Assembly: GCA_000934665.2 (NCBI GenBank)
Contig: JYFJ02001409.1
Span: forward strand, 61,216-81,215
Direction of reading: 5' to 3'
Length of the DNA stretch: 20,000 bases
DNA from: Catajapyx aquilonaris
Taxonomy: Eukaryota
Made by a program: the position numbers and the translations under genes. Of this stretch, positions 10,710 to 20,000 are shown piece by piece; the stretch's first letter is position 1, and each line of letters starts with the position of its first letter. Below the pieces are notes generated by a model. The model was not told the DNA's origin and ran no database searches. It was given only the letters and a program-made list of their open reading frames with translations.

Positions 10710-13700
10710 TGTCGAGCGTCAACACTAATTTGACTAAGCAGACTAATCCAATTCTGGGCCCGATGCGTGGCCCATCTTTGCAAACCTGGCCGTGGTCAGA
10801 GGTCAACGGGATACAAACAAGCGCTGGGGGTACCAAATGTATAGTGACAAAATATCAATCCGCGTAGGGGGGAAGGTGCACTACGGCGAAATAAGTCCCG
10901 CGTAGGCACATATTTTTCAAAAATGTAGGGTTATCATGCTTTTCTTTAGCACTGTTAGAAGGTAGTGTATGTCGGTCACCGTTCGCGACCTGCCTCACCA
11001 TGTAAAAATGCGGGTAGCATGCAGTTTCGGGAAGAAATTCGATCGGGAGAGTCCTTGAAAGCGGAATGTCGCGTTGCATAGTTCATTCACCTGTCACATG
11101 CTGCTAGTCTAGGTGTGTATTAATTCATGAAGCGTTTCGTCAAAAGCAGGCCATCCTCAAATTCAGTCAATATTTGTCTCAGGTGATGTAACGGGGAGAT
11201 AAGGGCATTAAAGCAGTAGTGTCATCAACAAGGTCACGTTTCAGTAGCTATTCCGAGCTCTTAAAAGTGCGTGAATATTTCATGGGGGCTCTGCAACACT
11301 TCGGTGGCCCGCAATATAACTTCCCAGAATATGAAATTTTGCACATGTGGTCAGAAATGGCTGCTTAAAGAATGCGTACACGCACCACATGTTCGAAAAG
11401 ACGATCACGCGAAGTATAAGAGAAGGTCATAAAAAGTAACAATACGACCTTGACGAGTTGAGGTGCTTTTTTGGGATTAGAGTGAAGTTGTAACTCGCCA
11501 CTAGAATGCATTTGCTCTACAAAGTGGTGTTGAAACATTTTCATGTTTGGAAGTCAGCTGTCGAAAACATCCTGCACATGTAGTTGATATTTAGTTCAGG
11601 AAAGGAAGATCTAAAGACGTCAAGATAGCCTCCTTTTTTGTTCTTGAAAAAAGCCCCTACCAGGTGCAACTCTCTACCTGTCAGTCTAGGCATGTGCATA
11701 GGCGTCACTGTGGTGTCATCCGTTACTTAATATTTGTTAATATACCTTTTGAGTGAACTCCATTCGCGTTTTATGTGTCTGGCGCAGGAAAGTCAAATGG
11801 GAATCTGTCGGTCAGGTACACTCATGTCTGCCCAAGCACTGTACTGTACATACCACAACCAACTGGCCTAGTTAATTTTTCAGTGCCACATGCAGTCAGG
11901 ATGAAACGGAAATAAGGAAAATACTATACATGCGTACAAATGTCAGTGAAATTTCCGGATCACAATATATAAAAGCAAAACATATACTACTGTAGAATGT
12001 AAAGATGTTCACTACAATAACAATTGAACGTATTAAGAAACATTAAATATCTGCGTAAAATTCAGCATGAAATATCGAAAAATACTCCCATAATTAATAT
12101 TACACTAAATCAAATTCTGTGGGTGAAGAGGACTTACGTTCGTACGCCAAGAAATGAACCTTACAAATAAAAACCATGAAAAACAAACGTGTGCTGAAAG
12201 GGTCTGTAGAGGGGGGAAAAAAGAACGAGAGAAAAATGACCAGCTTTTCAGTGCATTAGCAAGATTGCTTACAGTGTGCAGGGCAATGGACCCTCATATT
12301 TATACCCGGCCACTCTCTGCTTGATTTCAAATATACTCGTAAAAAACCCACACTATTTTTTAGAAGTTTTCGACCGAGCAGTAAACCGCAGCCAACCTCA
12401 CATCTTCAAAATATTTCTAGCCTTACTGTTGTAAAAAAATGGCTGAAAATATCCCTAAATTTGCTCAATTTCTGGTCTCACTTGGTACGGTCCTATACAC
12501 ACCATGAGTAATGTACCATCACAGTGTACAGTAATACCGTCCGCAACTGCACCCGCCCGCATCGATTTTTCCTTCTTTGCACCTGTGCCAACCGTACGTT
12601 CTCAAATGAATACAGACCAATAACATATCTCTCATTTATAATAAAAATCAGACATCCCCCATTAATCCTTCTCTTCGCACAAAAAAATGGTAGTCATAAT
12701 TAGGAAATAAAGGGGTCTTCAAAAGTGTCAAGATCTCCCTAACTAATAATGACAAAGTGATCGTATCCATCAAACTCGCTGACATTTTAATATGCTAATG
12801 AGGCATCTTCGATTGGCTGCGAGTACCTGCGTTAGGGAATTCTGGAGGATAAGAGAAGGTGGATTTACCTGGCCCATATTGGCGTTAGCAAAAGTTCCTC
12901 GATTTCCTCGCTCTAAAATCTGCATCCCTCAAACTTTCTCTCAATCCGTCAGTAAACCTTCTCCAAAACTAAGTTATGTTTCATACTGGTTGCATGCAGT
13001 ACGGCCATTTACCATACTTAAACCATCTTAAATCTTTTTATTTTCAAAGATAGAGTGAGTACACAACAATAGGTTGTCCAGTAGTCCCTGACTGGGAGAA
13101 TAAATAAGTGAAAAACGTCGAGGGAACATGGTTGCCTGGTGTCCGAGCAGTACGTATAGAGACCCTGGAGAGAGTTGGAGAGCGAGAGGAAGCTCGCTTA
13201 TCGATCTCCATGGGTTTACTGGGAAACTGGAGGATGGGAAATGGGCAGATCGCAATGGTCAAGCGCCTACACCCTGGAATGAGGAACTGGCCCTTTTTCT
13301 GCCTCCGTCCACTCCAGAATGACTACCTGGCTATAAAAATAACATCCGGGGAATGGGTTTCGACTGGAAGCGAGCTGCGGGACTCCCTGTACGCACTGAA
13401 CGAAAATACATGTATCTGCAAGCACAGCAGTCATTTCGAAAGCCTATAAATCACAAAAAATCGGATCTGTAGTCATGCTCCTATTACACTTGAAACTACA
13501 CAGAAGCTGACCCTGGTCCATCCCTATCATTTCGCTCGTGACCGAACACCAGCTAACCATGCGACGAGATTATCCAATCCCAGGTCAAGTATAGGTGTCA
13601 ATCGACTAAATATGCTGTACAGGTACTCAATTATTTCCGCTATGGAATCACAGAGGGGAAAAGTTGGGTGCTACTCTCAGAGTTCTGCAGTGAAGTACTA

Positions 13701-14418
13701 TGGGAGTTCACAGTAGCTACATGGGTGAGTAACTTACAGTGGAAGTTTATTTTTTCTTTCTAATTACACACTCATATGTACAATAGCCTATAGGTCATCG
13801 TGACTGTAATCGTATTACAGTATGGGGTCTAGAACCGCCAGCAGCCTCGAACACAGGTATTGTACACAGAGGAAAGCACGCATGCTATACCCCATCCAAG
13901 TTCAACAAGCCCGAATAAATTATAGCCCTAAACATAACCTAGGTCAACGATCTTTTACATGATAACACCAACGATCGTTCATATTGTCGTTATAACCAAG
14001 AAAAAAAAGCCATTTTCGGCGATACGTAATTGACCTCCCCATTTTGGGTCACTGGAAATCCCCTTTTCTCATGCATCCAATCAATATCAACATATAGCTA
14101 AGACATTTGTTGGTATAATGTCCCCCTTCGGTCACTGAGAAGGCTTTGAAAGCAATTCCAATCCGATATAAATCCTACCCTTCTTTTCACTCCTGAGTAT
14201 TTGAATGAATCGCTCTCTTGGCGTGAAAAGAAAAAAGAAGTTTGGACCCTCTGATGGATTGAGATTCCAAAGGATGGGATTGGACGCGTCGAAAGGTCGC
14301 ACAATTTCCTCTTGTGAGCGATGGCTCCCAGGCCAAAGATTAGAGTATATTTAGGAAAGAAGCACTTGAAGAGGCTCGCTGCCAGTCACTCTGCCACTCA
14401 AATCGGCCACATTTTGGC

Positions 14419-14467
14419 AAGAGAGAAAAAAAATGTAAGAAGATAAGAGGGGGAAAAAGAGGAGAAA
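14419..14467 (+). repeat. Purine-rich (GA) low-complexity tract
   Basis: aagagagaaaaaaatgtaagaagataagagggggaaaaagaggagaaa: no C and only three T in about 49 nt. Confidence 0.7.
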
Positions 14468-14517
14468 TGATCCGGGCTTTCATTCTAAAGAAGGTAATGT
14501 TTCCATTGTGGGCCAGG

Positions 14518-14579
14518 GTTGCCAGGCCAAGCGGAAGGGGACGAGATTTTCTGGGGCTCAGCGTTGCCAGGCAAAGTGG
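14518..14579 (+). repeat. 17-bp imperfect direct repeat, 45-bp period
   Basis: gttgccaggccaagcgg (14518-14534) versus gttgccaggcaaagtgg (14563-14579), 15/17 identical. A partial third copy ggccaagtg lies at 14592-14600. Confidence 0.65.
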
Positions 14580-17500
14580 CAGCCTTAGTAAGGCCAAGTG
14601 TTGGAAATCTCACGGTTTCCGTCAGTGTCAATTTGCCGATGTGTTCTCTGGGTTCAAATTCTCTCGAGTGACGCGCTTGTTTTGTAAAGGAACTGTTGAC
14701 GCAGTGAAAACGTGTCTGTGATTTTAAAGCCCCCAGAGGGTCAACATGCGCTGTGGAAAATTACTCGTTATCGGTTCAAAATATTATATCGTTAGCCAAT
14801 TGGCAACGGTTCTTCGCACATTACCCAAACGCAATGTTTGTTCAGTATGTATCGTCCAGAATTACAGCGGTTGGTGACAAAACGCTCCATAACAATGACA
14901 TTCATAATATGTGACATGACACACCAAACCATGCAGCTATGTAAATTATTACTAGTACCATGATTATTGCATTAACACCCTAATGGTAACTAACAATATT
15001 ATCTCCACCCAAATGATGTGGCGGTTTAACAAACAAACGGCGCAGATTTTTTGACAACATGATTTTAAAAATAACTTGAAATCAACACAACATGTGTGTG
15101 GATATCGTAATGAAATCATTTCAGTCGCCCAAATGTCTGAACTACTTAGTTTTGAAATGGAGGGAAAGGGATGGATGAAAAAACTTCTCTGAAGCCTCTG
15201 CCATGATCTGCCAGGAATCCCATGAGCATTTATGAACTTTTGGGAGCTGCGTTCATTAAATTCCACTAACGCCACGCCTCTAGGGAAGGCTACGTGTTGG
15301 CGGAGAGGAATCATGCCTAGATGAGGAGGGGATCTATATCACCTTATGCGTTTTGGTATTCCGGCCTTATAATGGGATTACTCGGGGAAAAAAGGGCTAC
15401 GTCAGACCTAAGTAAGTATGGCTGAACTCCGCGTAACATTACCATAAGTGCTGGCATGAAGTCGGAAGCCAAAATTTCAGTAGTTTTATATTGTTGTGCT
15501 ACTCTATGATTGCAAACTATTCAAAACTAAGAATCTGTCACGAAGAATATTTGCATAAATTCTGATTGCGTACACTATTACGTTCAATATGCCACAACAC
15601 TAAACTATGTGGCATCATAATTTGTATCGCATTAATTAATATGAGTAAAACAAGCGTAACTATTTAGTAATTAAATTGTACACGCATATCAATATTGTAT
15701 ACCAGATTTTTACAGCTTGTTAGTTAGCATGTTGATGTCCTTCTGACCCTTAATATGGTTCAAATTGCAATAAAATGACCGAATCGTCGTGAAACAATGC
15801 AGTCGCTCCCGCTCGTTAAATTCGGTCAACGTGCAGTTAATTAAGGTAATAGCGCAAGGGTAACCTAATAAATCTATCGTGCCCAATTAAGAAATCGCGC
15901 CGATAGCATGACCTGTGATTGGCAAGAGGCTACAAAAATGGTTCTCTTTTTTTATTACTAGTAACCTGATACGCACAAAGTAACCCTTGGCCCAATTATG
16001 AGTAAGTAGTCGGTGACAGAAGTAGGCCTCCCGTGCTATTCACGCCATCATGTCCTATAGAAAGCACGACTCCTGCCCCAGCCAATTAAATTTTAACACT
16101 GGGTCTATAACGCGAATGAACTAGCTCCCATCGATCTGGAATTGAGTCAACTGAGACTAGTTCGGGTGCCGGAACAGAGAGTTGGATAGAATGGTGCTAG
16201 TGGAAACTGTCCTATTCTTGGCTGTCCAGCCAATTTCACCGCTGGACACACTCAAGTTGGCGACAAGCTAAAGGGTCAACATAGTATAGGATGGAAATTC
16301 CTATGGCGGTTGCAATGGAATTTAATATCGGAATATTTGACATGGAAGGCAAATTCCATTATTCGCATTTCTCAGATAAAACGTGAGGTTTAATAACGCT
16401 GTTATTGGGGGCATGGCTGTCATACGCAAATATTTAGCATAATCAGTCGAGTCGGACCATTTTCAGAACAATAGTGCGGATTCCAACATGCTCAATTCTG
16501 AGCCAGGAATCTCAACATGACTGCACAGCATTAAATGTTAATTAATTTCATGATGACAATAAAAATTAGAGAATAGTTGGTAACTCACGTCGATGACTAA
16601 GCCTCCAACTAATTTTTGCACAGGCGTCTTGGCACATTTTTTGTGGTGCACAAAAAAAAATCAGATTGCACCGAAGACACGTTTTATTCAGCTCGTAAAA
16701 ATGATGCTAATCAGGCCAGTAATGTTCGCCTTGGAATGTTGCAACCCGGACGTCCCAGTCATGCTCTTCAGCACCCATCAACCCACAGGAGATGAGGCCT
16801 CTGAAAGGACACGTTACCTGTCTCCTTAAGAATGCTCTAAATTGCAAAACCAGCATCGTTGTTAACCACAATTTCATATAAAAAAAAGGTAATGGTATGA
16901 CACAGCAATTCGACCCCTAATGTAAAGTCACGTTCATAGTGGTCCAGGTCTGAATCACAATGGCCACGTTACCATTTGGACGCGCACGAAGTTGGCACAG
17001 TCAAGTGGCAGAACAATATCGAGGCCAGACCACGGCTGCGGAATTACATCAGGACATTACCAGACAACCCCGTAATCAAATTCTGGGTCTTAAAACCAAC
17101 TTTGGGTCCCCCCCTTTCCTGTTAGTCGGTGTGATTATGCAACTGGGGGTGTAATAAGGTACTAAATGCCACCTGCGGAAAATCCAAATCTCTAGCTTCG
17201 GTTTGCTATGTGATTTCGGCCCCTCCTTCTGGTTCGTGCTGGCCCAACCGAAATAAATGTCAATTGGGGGACTGGCCTTCAGACTTGTCGTAAAGTCTAC
17301 AAGTCAAAAACTCTGGATGTTTTTTTTATATATCGGAGAGGTAATCAGTCTCGCATGACTGCCAGGGATAAACAGGCATAAATAGACCAAACAGGGACAA
17401 TTCCAGGGACTTATCATGTATAATCCCGTTTTGTAAACTAATTTAGTGTTTTGCTGCAGAACGTTTTTTTATAGGAAAATGCATCGACCCTTGACCTTTT

Positions 17501-18637
17501 TTTCTGCAATGGAAGGTCAGTCCTAAAGGTGGAGAATAAATCGAAACAGTACACAAAACAGTATAGGGTGTCTTACATGCCTAATGCCCTTCATTCTCGT
17601 AACATCGCTTTTGAAAGCTAATAATTCAGACTAATTGGACAGGGCCGTACAGCGCATGACTTTCGGCGTTCTTTCACCGTGAAAATAAGAACCTTGAAGT
17701 AAGAGTGGGAAAAAAAAGGGTGCAAGGTTGTTTCAGCATAGTTCCTGTTGAGGAGTTCAGTTCCCTCTTTCAACTTTTTTGCACCTCTTTGCGCTCTATT
17801 TGAAGCGCTTGGCGTGCGAAGCGTCTCTCCAAATCAGGTCGAAATTTCCTTCGCCTACTCCCTGATGAAAAACTTGTTAGGGCCGCGTCCGCTCTAACTA
17901 ATTTTGTTATGGCAAGGCTAATCCAGCCAGATTGATGCACAGATTTTTGTTCGACCTTGTATCGTTCCTTATCCTTAGAAACATATGGTGGAAGGATGCC
18001 CACTTCAAATGACATCAATCGTGTCACAACGACTGAAAACCATTCTGGTGTGACTTTGATCGTTCTACATTTTAGAATTTCATATATTACATATTCAATG
18101 TTACAGTCAAAATTCAAGTCTGTAAAGCCAAGCTGCTAGGGAATGTTTTGGTTTCCAAAAACCGATTTTGCTAATGTAGGGCAGTATTGCCCGATGGAAA
18201 AAAATCGATCCTGGTAGGCGTTTCAGCTTAGAAACAGGTACAAAAGGACTATTTTTGGTCAAGTGTATCTGGGCTGCTTTTCTGTAACTTCGGCCTTGAC
18301 TGCATAATTATTACACGATGTTCACCTAAACAGTACTGTAACAATGTAAAGAGGTTTGTTCCCATTAAATAAAATTCATGCTCACATTTGGATCATGTCA
18401 TTGAAAAATTCTATTGTGTGCAAAATTCAACAGTTTCAACATGAATAAAATAGCAGGGTCTTATTAGAGGGAAGTGTATTTATGCCTTGGGAATAGCATG
18501 ACGTGGTATATTATAAATGAATGAGCAATATGGCCTCGTATTAATGGTTATTTCACTGGCGTGCTCTAGTCATTACTCAGCAGACCTTTCAAGAATAGCA
18601 TCAGGACAGTGACATCCCCTTCGCTTTAATTTTAATG

Positions 18638-18665
18638 TCCTCCTCCCCTCCCCCCACCCCTCTCC
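18638..18665 (+). repeat. C-rich low-complexity tract
   Basis: tcctcctcccctccccccacccctctcc-type run with C4, C6 and C4 blocks. Confidence 0.7.
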
Positions 18666-19597
18666 ATACACAGCGATTTTGGAGGGCTCTCAAGATCCAA
18701 AGTGGATTAGAAGAGAAATTGACTTCGCCTTGGCGTATAAATACATTCGGTCCCCAGATATTCAGATCGACACGACTTGCAAATTGACAGCTCTCTGGCA
18801 ATGTCAACATCCGGATAAACAACTGCAAACATTGATACCGTGAGCATCAAGTTGACTTTTCGCGGTTTCTGAACACATATTCAACTTGAGCTCATGTTAA
18901 CACGCCATGTAGGGGCAACCACGCCTAAAATATGCAGCGTCGAGCAATAATTTGCTTTTAAATGTTTTAACTCAAGTGCGGACCTCCACATAAAGGGGCG
19001 GGGATGGGAAAAAATGACGATGTCCTTCACCCAGCTCGTGCTTATAATAAAACTATGGGGACAACCACTTTACGACGACGTTCCTCATGGGTAATGCTGC
19101 GGTTTTATGACAAGGCCGTGGCTGGCCATGTAACAGAGAAGCGATTCCCCAGGAATAGAGAAAGGTCTATGACAGTCTGGGAAATCGATACACCAGCATA
19201 GGCTTGTGGAGCAGCAATTTTCACTGCTTCAATAGTAGGCCATCATCACGGACCACTGATAACAATACAATACTGGACTTGAGATGACAATATCCTATTA
19301 TTTTTAGAATATATTCAAAATATATTGCAGAACATTGCATCGCAAATTTGGGCAGAAAATCCCAGAGGAAATTGTCAGACTCCTACATAAACATCATAGG
19401 CCTAATCCAGCTTAAAGTCCTCAAGCTAACAAAGTTGTCCGTCCCTTCAACCGAGTTATACGCATCAACAATTAGAGTTTGGAGTGTTAGAGAGCTAGTT
19501 TGTCCCCTGCTTTTTTACTGGCTCTACAAAGATGTTGGGGTAGCTTGTGTGGTGCTTGAGTAGACCAACGTTCACAAAGGCGTCTCTCTCTTGCGAA

Positions 19598-19648
19598 GGG
19601 GAAAGGGGGCTATAGGAAGTGGGGGGTACTAAGGGGAGGGGAGGGGGG
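19598..19648 (+). other. Potential G-quadruplex-forming sequence
   Basis: Six runs of 4 or more G. 19621-19648 (G6-N6-G4-A-G4-A-G6) matches the canonical G3+(N1-7 G3+)3 pattern. Confidence 0.7.
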
Positions 19649-20000
19649 CTAATGAGTTGGCAAGACCACTCTGGTAGATTCAAGTTTGTTCAGAGACAGC
19701 TCAAAGCCGGTGCCCTGAGAGCTGGACGTCATTGTGTATGCAACTTTGTCCACAAGCAAGCTTGGGACCTACCAGGTTTTCTGTCCAGGAGCCACCAGAA
19801 GCAGCAGAAAAGCCACCCTGGAGGAATACTTTCAGAGTATGGGGCCTAGTCACGTTTAGGCGACGGTGAACTATCGGAATAGTCCAATTACGGCCAGGTC
19901 AAGGGGTGCACCAGTCGCGGTAGAAATTTTTACCCCGGTAAAAGCACGAATTTACGGGGGGAGCCGCCGTAAAACAGAAAATCGCGGAGTTCCACCCTCC

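Noticed and set aside
10310..10867. Longest ORF (185 aa, + strand)
   Set aside because: It reads through the A17 run (poly-Lys) and the N/G9 site, spans a compositional break and has no recognisable domain.
12792..13449. Cluster of five short ORFs on both strands, mostly overlapping
   Set aside because: Mutually overlapping open frames reflect locally higher GC, and none resembles a known protein.
14646..14665. GGTTCAAAT resembling a tRNA T-loop or Pol III B-box (also near 15757)
   Set aside because: The flanks do not form a T-stem, and I found no cloverleaf or correctly spaced A-box.
15589..15615. 8-bp hairpin atgccaca/tgtggcat, and similar 7-bp hairpin at 6069-6085
   Set aside because: Several stems of this length are expected by chance in 20 kb, and there is no U-tract or gene context for a terminator call.
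17770..18117. 115-aa minus-strand ORF with a charged C-terminus
   Set aside because: I recognise no motif or family, and the length is within chance expectation for 20 kb over six frames.
1..20000. CRISPR array, iteron array, rRNA, IS element, retron or other prokaryotic system
   Set aside because: I saw no regularly spaced repeats of 20 bp or more, no conserved rRNA motifs, and no transposase, Cas or RT ORF.

Overview
This window looks non-coding, with roughly 40-43% GC (estimated by eye from sampled lines) and no obvious CpG depletion. I recognise no protein-coding gene, RNA gene, CRISPR array, operon or intact mobile element. The ORFs are short (60-185 aa), overlap on both strands and have no recognisable domains; the longest reads through a poly-A run and an ambiguous base. 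The texture (homopolymer runs, purine/pyrimidine tracts, patchy GC) best fits intergenic or intronic DNA of a eukaryote, possibly an invertebrate, but a locally shuffled or model-generated sequence cannot be excluded. What I can support is small-scale: low-complexity tracts, G-quadruplex-capable runs, a few degenerate short duplications and hairpins, and two short motifs that recur more than expected (TGGCAAC/GTTGCCA and the octamer ATGCAAAT). I found no evidence for a new biological system. All findings are low-to-moderate leads from manual reading.
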